Source: an uncultured Acidobacteriota bacterium (GTDB lineage: Bacteria > Acidobacteriota > JAQAZP01). Taken from it: 64,000 nucleotides of DNA. The notes under the pieces are model-generated. The model saw only the letters and a program-made list of their open reading frames with translations. It was not told where the DNA came from and did not search any database. Both the position numbers and the translations under genes were made by a program. The stretch is taken from the NCBI GenBank assembly GCA_963836075.1, contig CAWIIB010000009.1, forward strand, positions 2,976,001-3,040,000. Reading direction: 5' to 3'. Shown in pieces: positions 1 through 9,214 of this stretch (the first letter of the stretch is position 1; each line of letters opens with the position of its first letter).

Positions 1-441
1 TATTTCCTCTACGTCAACTTCCACCTCACCGGCATCGGCACCGACGGGCGGAAGCTCGACGTGCTCTCGCGCCGCAGGATCGAGCGGGAGTACAAGAACC
101 GGGTGAACCTTATCCGCCACTACATCAAGGCGCTGGACCAGTGGCTGGCCAACGAGGTTTTCGTCCGGGCCGTGCAGCACGGCGGCGAGAATGGCGAGCA
201 GGTGCGCCTGGTCTATTCGCTGTTGGGCGGGGCCACTCCGGTCAAACGCTGGCTGGTCTTCTCGATCCGGGAGACGCTGGCCGTGTTCGGCGACTACTTC
301 GACAAGCAGATCGTCCCGCTGTGGGAGATGTCCTGTGCGGCCCAGAGCCCGGCGGCTGCCGATTCCGCCCCCCACGACGCCCCGGGGCACGATGACGATT
401 TCGTCGATGACGAGGATGACGAGTTCGAAGACGACCACTGA
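1..441 (+). CDS. hypothetical protein, 5'-truncated by window edge, acidic C-terminus
   Basis: Frame is open from base 1 (YFLYVNFHLTG...) to TGA at 439-441; GC3-rich codons; DDDFVDDEDDEFEDDH tail. Confidence 0.7.
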   Translation, partial: YFLYVNFHLTGIGTDGRKLDVLSRRRIEREYKNRVNLIRHYIKALDQWLANEVFVRAVQHGGENGEQVRLVYSLLGGATPVKRWLVFSIRETLAVFGDYFDKQIVPLWEMSCAAQSPAAADSAPHDAPGHDDDFVDDEDDEFEDDH

Positions 442-477
442 CCCGGTCCTGCCTCCGCGGCGGGTGATTGGTAACTC

Positions 478-1293
478 GTGACCACTCTCACCATCAGCCT
501 CTTTCAACTGGAGTATGGCCCGGGCGATTCCGCCGGCCGCCTCGAGCGCGTACGGGCCGCCGCCGCCGAAGCTGCGGCCCGCGGGTCCTCGCTGCTCCTG
601 CTGCCCGAGCTCTGGTATTCGGGCTATGACCTGATCAACTCCGGGGCGCTGGCCGTGCCCATGGGCCAGGGGCACTTTGCCCTGGTCGCTCAACTGGCCC
701 GGGAGCAGCGGCTGCACGTCTGCGGCAGCATGCTCTGCCGGGAGGATGACGGCACCGTTCGCAACCGCGCCGTGCTCCACGGACCGGACGGCGGCCTGAT
801 CGGCTGGTACGACAAGCTGCACCTCTTTCCCAAGCTGCGCGAGGATCGCTATTTTCGCGCCGGGGACCGCCTGCCGCTGTTCGATCTCCCCTGGGGGCGG
901 ACGGCCATGGCTGTCTGCTACGACCTGCGCTTCCCCGAACTGTTTCGCCGCTACGCGTTGACCGGCGACCCGCAGCTGGTGCTGGTGCCGTCGGCCTGGC
1001 CCGAACCGCGGCTGCAGTACTTCACCCTGATGACCCGGGCCCGGGCCTGCGAGAACCAGTGTTTTGTCGCCTCCTGCAACCGTGCCGGCAGGGGCGGGGG
1101 TGGTGAGCCGGCGTTCGGCAAGTCCCTGGCCGCCGATCCCTGGGGCGAGTTGCTGGCCGAAGCGGGCCGGGACGAGGAACTGCTCACCGTGGAGCTGCCC
1201 CTGGGACGGATCGACAAGGCCCGCGGCCAGCTGGACCTGCGCGGCGACCTGCGCCGCGATCTCTTTTATCCCGGCCCGGAGCCATCCCGTTGA
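478..1293 (+). CDS. carbon-nitrogen hydrolase / nitrilase family protein
   Basis: Glu-Lys-Cys triad motifs LPELW, YDKLHLF, VCYDLRFPE; ARACENQCFV; DPWG. Confidence 0.93.
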   Translation: MTTLTISLFQLEYGPGDSAGRLERVRAAAAEAAARGSSLLLLPELWYSGYDLINSGALAVPMGQGHFALVAQLAREQRLHVCGSMLCREDDGTVRNRAVLHGPDGGLIGWYDKLHLFPKLREDRYFRAGDRLPLFDLPWGRTAMAVCYDLRFPELFRRYALTGDPQLVLVPSAWPEPRLQYFTLMTRARACENQCFVASCNRAGRGGGGEPAFGKSLAADPWGELLAEAGRDEELLTVELPLGRIDKARGQLDLRGDLRRDLFYPGPEPSR

Positions 1294-2972
1294 GCCGCGG
1301 CGCCGCTACCACATTCCGTCTGGACGGTCTCTGCTTCACCCTGGCCGACGATCCGGTCACCGAAGACGCCCTGCGCCACTGGTTCCGCACCATGGCCGGA
1401 GCGGAGGCGGCCGAGGTGGGGCCGGTTCGTTTTCTCCGCCGCAGCCTCGATGCCCGCCGGAAAAACCGCCAGCAGTTCCTCTACTCCCTGCTGGTGGATC
1501 TGGGACCGGCGGCCCGGCACATTCTGGACCGGGAATTGGACGCCGCCGGACACCCCCGGCTGCAGGCGGCGGACCAGGCGGTGCAGGAGCAGGCCCTGCC
1601 GTTTTCCGGCACCGCTGCCCCGGCCCTGCACACCGCTCGCCCGGGGCCGGCGGCTGTGGTGGGCAGCGGTCCGGCCGGGCTTTTCGCCGCCCTGCGCCTG
1701 GCCGCGGCCGGAATTGCGGTGACCCTCTTCGAACGCGGGGACCCGGTTGAGGAGCGGGTTTCCAGAGTGGCCCGGTTCCGGGAAGGGGCCGAGCTTGACC
1801 CGGAGAGCAACATCCAGTTCGGCGAAGGGGGGGCGGGGACATTCTCCGACGGCAAGCTCTACAGCGGAACCAGCGACGGGCGCCGGCGACAGGTGCTGCG
1901 GGTGCTGGCCGACTTCGGGGCTCCACGGGACATTCTTTTCGAAGCCCGGCCCCACGTGGGCAGTGACCGGCTGCGCGGCGTGCTGCTGGAGTTTCGCCGC
2001 CGCCTGGTGGACCTGGGGTGTGATATCCGTTTTCGCACCCGGGTCACCGGCCTGCGCCTGGTGCCGGCGGAGGCATCCGGTGATGCAACCAGGAGTCTCG
2101 AAGGCCTGGAACTGGAGACCGGGGAGTTCTTTCCCTGCCGGCTGGCGGTGCTGGCCCTGGGGCACAGCGCCCGGGACAGCTTCCGCATGCTGGCTGCGGA
2201 CGGCCTCGGCCTGCGATTCAAGTCCTTTGCCGCCGGATTTCGCGTGGAGCACCCCCAGGAACTGATCGACACCATCCAGTACGGTGCGGCAGGCCGGGTG
2301 GCCGGTTTGCCGCCGGCTGAGTACCGGGTGGCGGTGAAGACCGCGGCCGGCAACGGAGTGTACAGCTTCTGCATGTGCCCCGGCGGGGAAGTTGTGGCCG
2401 CCGCTTCCGGCGCCGGGCAGTCGGTGACCAACGGGATGAGCCTGCGGGCCCGCGCCGGCCAGTGGGCCAACAGCGGCATCGTCACCGGTATCGACACGGC
2501 GGCGGCGGGCTGCCCGGCCGGGGATGACCCGCTGGCCGGCCTGCGCTGGCAGGAGGATATGGAGCAGGCGGCCTGGCGCCTGGGCGGTGGGGGCGGCCTG
2601 GCGCCGGCCCAGCGGGTCACCTCGTTCCTCGAGGGCCGGCTGGATAGCCACCTGCCGAAGTCCAGCTACCGGCCCGGGCTGCAGGCCGCCCGCCTGGACC
2701 GCTGTTTCAGTGAGGAGATCACCTCCTCCCTCCGCGAGGGGCTGCGGCTCATCGACCGCCGGATGCGCGGTTTTGTCACCGGCGATGCACTGCTCATCGG
2801 CGTGGAGACCCGCACCTCCTCGCCCCTGCGGTTTCAGCGGGACGAACAGGGGCGGGCCGCTGGTATCAGCGGTCTCTACCCGGCGGGGGAGGGGGCGGGT
2901 CATGCCGGCGGGATCATCAGCTCGGCGGTGGACGGCCTGAAGATCGCCGAAAAGATCCTCGCACTGAAATAG
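1290..2972 (+). CDS. FAD/NAD(P)-dependent oxidoreductase (COG2509-like)
   Basis: VVGSGPAGLFAA Rossmann motif, FGEGGAGTFSDGKL, YSFCMCPGG, GVETRTSSP, GEGAGHAGGIISSAVDG. Confidence 0.9.
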   Translation: MSRGAATTFRLDGLCFTLADDPVTEDALRHWFRTMAGAEAAEVGPVRFLRRSLDARRKNRQQFLYSLLVDLGPAARHILDRELDAAGHPRLQAADQAVQEQALPFSGTAAPALHTARPGPAAVVGSGPAGLFAALRLAAAGIAVTLFERGDPVEERVSRVARFREGAELDPESNIQFGEGGAGTFSDGKLYSGTSDGRRRQVLRVLADFGAPRDILFEARPHVGSDRLRGVLLEFRRRLVDLGCDIRFRTRVTGLRLVPAEASGDATRSLEGLELETGEFFPCRLAVLALGHSARDSFRMLAADGLGLRFKSFAAGFRVEHPQELIDTIQYGAAGRVAGLPPAEYRVAVKTAAGNGVYSFCMCPGGEVVAAASGAGQSVTNGMSLRARAGQWANSGIVTGIDTAAAGCPAGDDPLAGLRWQEDMEQAAWRLGGGGGLAPAQRVTSFLEGRLDSHLPKSSYRPGLQAARLDRCFSEEITSSLREGLRLIDRRMRGFVTGDALLIGVETRTSSPLRFQRDEQGRAAGISGLYPAGEGAGHAGGIISSAVDGLKIAEKILALK

Positions 2973-2993
2973 GTGACTGTCACCTATTTCAGT
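2963..2993. repeat. 31-bp palindrome (15-bp arms) overlapping the stop codon, REP-like
   Basis: ACTGAAATAGGTGAC-T-GTCACCTATTTCAGT perfect inverted repeat. Confidence 0.8.
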
Positions 2994-3009
2994 CAGCCGC
3001 CGTACAGTG

Positions 3010-3039
3010 AAAAGCCCTCCTCGGTGGGAGGGCTTTTTT
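3010..3039 (+). terminator. intrinsic terminator, probably bidirectional
   Basis: AAAAGCCCTCC-tcggtg-GGAGGGCTTTTTT between convergent genes. Confidence 0.85.
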
Positions 3040-3091
3040 GCCGAAGCCCCGCTCCCCCGGGGTTGCCGGGGAAGCGGGGAGGGGTATCAGG

Positions 3092-5855
3092 TTAGAAGGT
3101 GAAGCGCAGGCCGAGTCGCCAGGACTGCGGGGTCTGGAGATATTTCGGCCGGCCAAAGGGGTTGCCGCCCGTGGCGTCGGGGTCGTCCCACTCCCAGACC
3201 GTGATCACCTTGTCGCTGTCCAGCAGGTTGAGCACGTCGAGGAACGCGCCGACGGCATAACGGTCGCCAAAGGGGAAGGTTTTCTCCAGGTGGAGATCGA
3301 ACCAGTAGACGCTGGGCAGAGTGTAGGTGCCGCGGCCTTCGGGGAAGGCCATGTAGTCGTTGTAGCCGCCGCCGACATATCCTCTTCTGGAATAAGCCTG
3401 ACCGGAGCTGTACTCGAAGGCCAGGCCGACGTCGATGTCCCACGGCGCCCGGTAGAGGCCGTTGAGTTTCACGTGGTGGCGGATGTCGTCGGGCAGGTAG
3501 CCATACCAGCCGGCGTCGTCGTAGATGTTGCCCAGGCCATACCAGGTGTCGTCCGGCGGCGCATTGGGATCGGCGTCCATGAAGACACCGATGGTGTCCG
3601 AGCTGCCGCCGCTGTCACCCCACTCGCCCTGGCCGGGGTTGGTGCCCTTTGACTCGCCCCAGGTGTAGGATCCGAAGATCATGAAGTTGTTCGACATGGC
3701 CTTGTGGTAGGTCAGTTCCACGCCCTGGTAGTCGCGCCGCTTCAGATCGGGGTTGGTCACCAGCCAGTCGCCCGACTCCAGAACCACGTCCTCGATCAGG
3801 TCGCGGGTCTTGCTGTCGATGTAGCGGAGGCCCAGAGCCTGGGTGTCGGTGAGCTTGCGCTCGTAACCGATGATGAACTTGTCCTGGTGGTGCGGTTTGA
3901 GGTTGGGATCAAAGCCGTCCAGCGGGAAGAGGGGCTCGCCCTCGTTGCCGCCCTGGGTGAAGTTGTAGTCCCAGGTGCCGTTCCAGGTGGTGCCGTCGAT
4001 GTCGGTCCACTGGCCGGCGCCGTCCGGGTTCCAGAGGTAGTTGTGATAGGAACTGGTGGAGGATGAGTTCATCACCCAGCTGATGTTCAGTCCGGTGAAG
4101 TCGTAGAAGCGGCCCCAGAAGACCTTGGCCACGTTCACCGAGTCCTTGGTGATGTCCCACACCCCACCGATCCGCGGGGCGCTGGAGTTGATGTCGAAAT
4201 ACTCATCGCCAGCATTGTTCCGCATCGACATCTGCTCGTAGCGGTAGCCGAGGTTGAGGGTCACGTTTTCCGCAACGTCCCAGGTGTCCTGGATGAAGAA
4301 CGTCGTGCCGTCGTTGTCGTTGGGGTCGCCGGCCTGCTGGAAGCGGACGTCGAGGCTCTCCGGAGCGCCTTCATAGTAGGTGTAGTCGTAGCCGTTGCCG
4401 GGCAGCAGCCAGACTTCGTACTTGTCGGCCTCCAGGTATTCGATACCGGCCTTCAGCGAGTGGTCGCCCCAGGCGTCATCGATATACTGGGTGAAGTGCA
4501 GCTTGTAGTCGGTACTGGGTGGTGTCGTAGCTGTAGGTGCTGGCGCCGCCCCAGCTCTGGCTGGTGCCGCGGTCGAAGTACTGGGCGTTTTCGGTGTCTC
4601 CGTACGGCAGGATCTGCCGGTCCACCGTGGTGCTGCCGAACTTCAACTCGATGAACGAGTCGGGGGTCAGGATGCCGCGGTAGATGGCCCCGAAGTGGTC
4701 GAGGTCCCGCTTGTCGCTGCGCTGGGATTCGGGAGCGGTGTCGAAGTCGTCGCGGTTGTCGCGGTCGAAGCGCTGGCCGATCCAGGAGGCGTTGATCGAG
4801 TGGTTTTCGGTAATCGACCAGGACGCCTTGAGGAACGGGGCGATGTTTGTATCATCCCGCTCATACGAGTATCCGTAGTTTGTCTGCTGACTGGGGTCTT
4901 TCCAGGTCTGGGTGAGATACTCGAGGGAACCGAAATACCACAGCTTGTCCTTGACGATGGGGCCGCCGATATTGAACACCGGGGTGAAGTATTCCTGCTC
5001 CACCGAGCCCACTTGCGAGCCGTCGACGTTGGTTTGCGGGTTGCCGTCGCTGGGAATCAGGTAGGAGGCGATCAGGCTGCCTTCGACGCTGTTGCCGCCG
5101 CTCTTGGTGATCACGTTGGCCACCAGGCCGGTGGCCCGGCCATACTCGGCGGCGAAGCCGTCGGTGAGGATCTGGATCTCCTCGATGGCGTCGTAGTTGA
5201 TGTTGTGGCCGTAGCCGTTGGTCTCCGGGTCGCGGGCCGAGATGCCGTCGATGAGGAAGTTGTTCCCCACCTGGCCCTCACCGCGTGCGCTCGGGTTTCC
5301 GTCGCCCGAACCGCCGTACTGGGTGTCGGTGCGGCCCTGGACGCCGGGGACGAAGTTGAAGAGGTCCTGGTAGCTGCGGGTGGTGGGCAGGCGCTCCATG
5401 GCGTCCGACTCGAAGGAGGTCCCCACCTGGGTGGTGGTGACGTCGATCACCGGGGCCTGGGCCACAACGGTGATCTCGTCGGAAACCTGGGCCGGAGGCA
5501 TCTCGATTTCGATGATGGTGTCGGTTCCGACAGAGACCCTGATTTCAGTCTGAATGACGGTCTGGAAACCGTCCATTTCGGACTTGATGGTGTAGCGGCC
5601 GGGAGGGATCTGGACGAAACGGTAGGTGCCGTCAGTGTCGGTGACGACCTTGCGAGTGCCCTGGAGGTTGTCAGATTCGATTACAACTGTTGCACCGGGA
5701 AGCGGAACCCCTTCGGCGTCCATGATCACGCCCTGGATGGTTCCCACCTCGGCTGCCATTGCTTCCTGAACGGGAAGCGCCCACATGAACAGGAGAATGA
5801 GCGCTGCTCCCAGAGCAGCGTGCATCGAGGTTCTCGCGAACTTCAGGTTGCTCAT
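3092..5855 (-). CDS. TonB-dependent receptor (Oar-like, N-terminal carboxypeptidase-regulatory domain), interrupted by a frameshift near 4511
   Basis: Signal peptide; GTIQGVIMDAEGVPLPGATV; plug motifs NNFLIDG and AEYGRATG; after the shift GDHSLKAGIEY, FFIQDTWDVAENVTLNLGYRYE; C-terminal RLGLRFTF. ORFs 4476-5864 and 3092-4264 join by removing one base (about 920 aa). SD AGGAGG before ATG 5855. Confidence 0.88.
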
Positions 5856-6197
5856 TCCGATCACTCCTCCTTTCGGCCGTAGCGGAGAAGCACTGACTTC
5901 GCCGTCAGCGGGCCGATCTGTTTTTATTTTTGTAGTTGTTTAGGTTGCTTTTTCCGCCGCGTCGTTCACCTGAGACGGTGCGGCCAGCCTTGCATTCACC
6001 TCCTTTCTCCTTTCCGGCCCCGGGGCCGGACCTTGACCGATACTCACGGCCGGTATGGTACCTGTGCAATCGCCTCTAAACCAGGGGTATCGGCAACAGG
6101 GCATGCCCTGTTAATGGCATCGGATCGGTTTTCCGAACCCCCTGGTCCGCGGGATGCGATTGTTCCGGTCATTGAAACCAGTCCAAACCAGTTGAGT

Positions 6198-6213
6198 TGC
6201 AATATTTCTGCCA
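6198..6213 (-). promoter_or_regulatory. putative sigma-54 promoter for the TonB receptor
   Basis: Minus strand TGGCAGAAATATTGCA, GG-N10-GC spacing. Confidence 0.55.
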
Positions 6214-6526
6214 TGATTTATTGGATAATCTCTAGTGGTCCCTTTATACCAAATTAATGAAAAATTGACAAGTTATCCCCGGCCGGGCTGTGTCTGGCCT
6301 TTGGGGAAGATGATTTTCTATCCATTTTCTTGGAGACTGGTTCAAGATTTTGAACCGCTGTGCGGAAGGCTGGTTGCCCGGCGGAACGGCGTACCCTGCA
6401 TATGATTGACATGGAAAGGGGTTGAAGGTATTCTGCCAAAGTTGCGCTGAAGCCGTTTTTATCCTTAGTTTTTTCCGGGGGAAAAAGGGAATACTGCCCG
6501 GATTCATCAGCCTGGTGGCCAGAATC

Positions 6527-8221
6527 ATGGAGTGTGAACTGAAGAACCGAATGTGGATCAGAGTGATGCTCCCCGTGATGGTGGTTGCTGTCCTGCTGGT
6601 TACCGGGGTATCGGGCCCCGCGGCGCACGGTTCACCCACACTGCATCAGGCTGCGGCCGGCAGTGGTGATGCGCTGCCGGTGAACGGGGTGAGCGAAGAC
6701 GAACCGCTGCGGTCGGCCCGTGATGGTGGAGCGGTGGACGGGGGAGGGGTTGTCCTGGCCACCGATACCCGCGCCACCGAGGGGGATACCCACCACCACG
6801 GGGAGTCCGGTCCCGCTGACGGTGCACACGCTGAAGACGAGGGGCACGGCGACGACCACGGACACCACGGGCCGGGCCTGGGCCGGCTGCTGCCGCTGTG
6901 GAGCGTAATTCCCTTTGCCGGGATCCTGCTCTCCATCGCCCTCTTTCCGCTGCTGGCGCCGAAGTTCTGGCACCATCACTTCCCGAAAATCTCCGCCGGC
7001 TGGGCGGTGCTCTTTGCCGTGCCCTTCCTCTTCGCTTTTGGCGGCGATGCGCTGTACGAGATTCTGCACATCTACTTCATCGACTACATCCCGTTCATCA
7101 TCCTGCTCTGGGCGCTCTACACCGTCTCCGGCGGCATCCGGATCAAGGGCACCCTGCGCGGCACGCCGGCGGTGAACTGCCTGCTGCTGCTCATCGGCAC
7201 GGCCATCGCCTCCTGGGTCGGCACCACCGGGGCGGCGATGCTGCTGATCAGGCCGCTGCTGCGGGCCAATCAGGACCGCCGGAACAAGGTCCACACCGTG
7301 GTCTTTTTCATCTTTCTGGTGGCCAACGTGGGCGGTTCGCTCACCCCCCTGGGGGACCCGCCGCTCTTTCTCGGTTTCCTGCACGGGGTGCCCTTCTTCT
7401 GGACGCTGAAGCTGCTGCCGGAGATGCTCTTCGTGGTGGCCTGCCTGATCACCATCTACTACGGCCTGGACAGCTACCACTACCGGCGGGAGGTCCGCGA
7501 TGGCGGCGGCATCCCCGATGACGGTGAGCGGGAACCGATCGGCTTCGAGGGGCTGCACAACCTGGTGTTCCTTGGCGGCATTCTGGGCGGAGTGATCCTC
7601 AGCGGCTTCTGGCGGCCCGGCTCGTACACCCTGCTGGGCGTCCACATGGACATCCAGAACACCGTCCGCGACATCATGCTGGTCTGCATGGGGCTGCTCT
7701 CACTCTGGACCACGAAGAAGACGGTGCGCAAGGCCAACGAGTTCACCTGGTTTCCCATCACCGAGGTGGCCTACCTCTTTGCCGGCATCTTCATGTGCAT
7801 CATCCCCGCCCTGGCCATTCTCAAGGCGGGCAGCGAGGGGGCGCTGGCCCCGATGCTGAGCCTGATCCGGGAGCCGGTGCACTATTTCTGGGTGGTGGGC
7901 TTACTCTCCAGTTTTCTCGACAACGCCCCCACCTACCTGACGTTCCTCAACTCGGCCCTGGGACAGTTCCATGCCGGGATGGCCGAACTTCCGGCAGTGA
8001 CCGCGCTGATTCACGACGAGGAGATCTACCTCAAGGCCATCGCCACCGGCGCGGTCTTCATGGGGGCCAACACCTACATCGGCAATGCTCCCAATTTCAT
8101 GGTCAAGTCCATCGCCGAGGAGTCGGGAGTGTCCATGCCGAGCTTCTTCGGCTACATGATCCGCTACTCGCTGATTATCCTGGTGCCGGTGTTCGTGTTG
8201 GTAACTGTTATCTTCTTTTAA
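6527..8221 (+). CDS. IT-superfamily sodium:proton antiporter / putative citrate transporter-like membrane protein with His-rich N-terminal extension
   Basis: Many TM helices; GTTGAAMLLIRP, ANVGGSLTPLGDPPLFLGFL, SSFLDNAPTYL, GANTYIGNAPNFMVK; start uncertain (6527 or 6551). Confidence 0.85.
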   Translation: MECELKNRMWIRVMLPVMVVAVLLVTGVSGPAAHGSPTLHQAAAGSGDALPVNGVSEDEPLRSARDGGAVDGGGVVLATDTRATEGDTHHHGESGPADGAHAEDEGHGDDHGHHGPGLGRLLPLWSVIPFAGILLSIALFPLLAPKFWHHHFPKISAGWAVLFAVPFLFAFGGDALYEILHIYFIDYIPFIILLWALYTVSGGIRIKGTLRGTPAVNCLLLLIGTAIASWVGTTGAAMLLIRPLLRANQDRRNKVHTVVFFIFLVANVGGSLTPLGDPPLFLGFLHGVPFFWTLKLLPEMLFVVACLITIYYGLDSYHYRREVRDGGGIPDDGEREPIGFEGLHNLVFLGGILGGVILSGFWRPGSYTLLGVHMDIQNTVRDIMLVCMGLLSLWTTKKTVRKANEFTWFPITEVAYLFAGIFMCIIPALAILKAGSEGALAPMLSLIREPVHYFWVVGLLSSFLDNAPTYLTFLNSALGQFHAGMAELPAVTALIHDEEIYLKAIATGAVFMGANTYIGNAPNFMVKSIAEESGVSMPSFFGYMIRYSLIILVPVFVLVTVIFF

Positions 8222-8358
8222 AAATACTGTAACGTTTTCGGCTCTGATCCATCTAACTGTTGAGAGAGTGGTACGCTGAAGGTCCGGAACGGCCGGAAGG
8301 ATGACCCGAAATGGATAACGGAACTGCGGAAAGAATTCCGGAAAAGAAGGGACGCAAG

Positions 8359-8553
8359 ATGAGCGAAGTTCTGATCATCGTGCTTTTCCTGGTGGGCTGG
8401 TACGTGCTCAATGCCTTCATCCTGCCCTGGTGCGGTGTCTCAACGTGAATGAGCCGCAGTTGCGCGGTCGAGGATCGACCGGTCCAGGCGATGAGCGGGG
8501 ACGAGGATGGCGCGGTGAGGCCGGAGCCGGATAAGAAACCCATCGGAGAATAG
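8359..8553 (+). CDS. small single-TM putative selenoprotein (64 aa, Sec at TGA 8446-8448)
   Basis: MSEVLIIVLFLVGWYVLNAFILPWCGVST-TGA-MSRSCAVEDRP...PIGE-TAG; hairpin CGGTCGA-GGA-TCGACCG at 8465-8481; ends 4 nt before the next ATG. Confidence 0.65.
8465..8481 (+). promoter_or_regulatory. SECIS-like hairpin 1
   Basis: 7-bp stem; loop GGA begins 23 nt after the TGA. Confidence 0.55.
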
Positions 8554-8557
8554 AGCT

Positions 8558-8788
8558 ATGCCGATCTACGAGTACAAATGTCGTGAGTGTGAGCTCGTTT
8601 TCGAAGTGCTGAAGCGCTCCAGGCTGGCGGAAGATGAGCCGGAGCGGTGTCCGGGCTGCGGCGGGGAGGAAACGGACAAGCTCTATTCCTCCTTTGCCGG
8701 GATGGTGCCGGTGGCCGCCGGTGGCGGGTGCCCCAGCGCCGGGAGCAGCGGCTGCGGCGGAGGACAGGGAGGTTTTTCCTGAGGGTAG
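8558..8788 (+). CDS. FmdB-family zinc-ribbon protein, possibly ending Ser-Sec-Gly (ends at 8782 if TGA is a stop)
   Basis: MPIYEYKCREC...CPGCGG...KLYSSF; tail GGCPSAGSSGCGGGQGGFS-TGA-GGG-TAG. Confidence 0.85.
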
Positions 8789-8792
8789 GACG

Positions 8793-8811
8793 ACCCGGCG
8801 GTGCGCCGGGT
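8793..8811 (+). promoter_or_regulatory. SECIS-like hairpin 2
   Basis: ACCCGGCG-GTG-CGCCGGGT 8-bp stem; G-initial loop 18 nt after TGA 8780-8782; no U-tract. Confidence 0.5.
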
Positions 8812-8897
8812 GAATCCGAGCTGCGGAACCGATTGCAGATCCACAGGCCCCGGAACCGGGTTGGACCGGCCGGGGCCTCGTCTGGTACCGCCCCTGT

Positions 8898-9200
8898 TCA
8901 GGGCAGCTTTTTCCCCAGCTTCTCCTCCACCGCTTCGAGTTTGCGGCGGATGGCGCCGTCGGCGCCGTCCCGGTCGTCGATCTTGACCACCGTGGAGACC
9001 CGCGAGGAAAAGTCGCGCATCCTCAGGTGGCAGCGGCGGATCAGGTCGAAGACCTCGTCACAGGGGCCTTCAACCACCGTGCCCATGGGGTTTACCAGGT
9101 AGTCGAGGCCGCTCTCTTCCACCAGGCGCAGGATCTCGGCCACCGGCCCCGACATGCCACTGGCCCGGTCCACCGGAGCCACGCTGAATTCGGCTAGCAT
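8898..9200 (-). CDS. MTH1187-family thiamine-binding protein
   Basis: MLAEFSVAP...SGLDYLVNPMGTVVEG...RVSTVVKIDDR. Confidence 0.9.
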   Translation of the reverse strand: MLAEFSVAPVDRASGMSGPVAEILRLVEESGLDYLVNPMGTVVEGPCDEVFDLIRRCHLRMRDFSSRVSTVVKIDDRDGADGAIRRKLEAVEEKLGKKLP

Positions 9201-9214
9201 GATTGCATTCCTCC

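Noticed and set aside
1266-2903. Long antisense and alternate-frame ORFs (also 10947-12350, 14381-15742, 18491-19741, 37499-38884, 40809-42143, 53076-54998)
   Set aside because: Shadow ORFs of real genes in high-GC DNA; no recognisable motifs
4505-4515. Programmed ribosomal frameshifting in the TonB receptor, kinase or PilZ genes
   Set aside because: No slippery heptamer or stimulatory structure seen; several unrelated genes are affected, favouring sequencing error
5865-6200. Cobalamin, glycine or c-di-GMP riboswitch upstream of the TonB receptor
   Set aside because: I could not find the B12 box or other conserved aptamer cores; retained only as an unclassified structured leader
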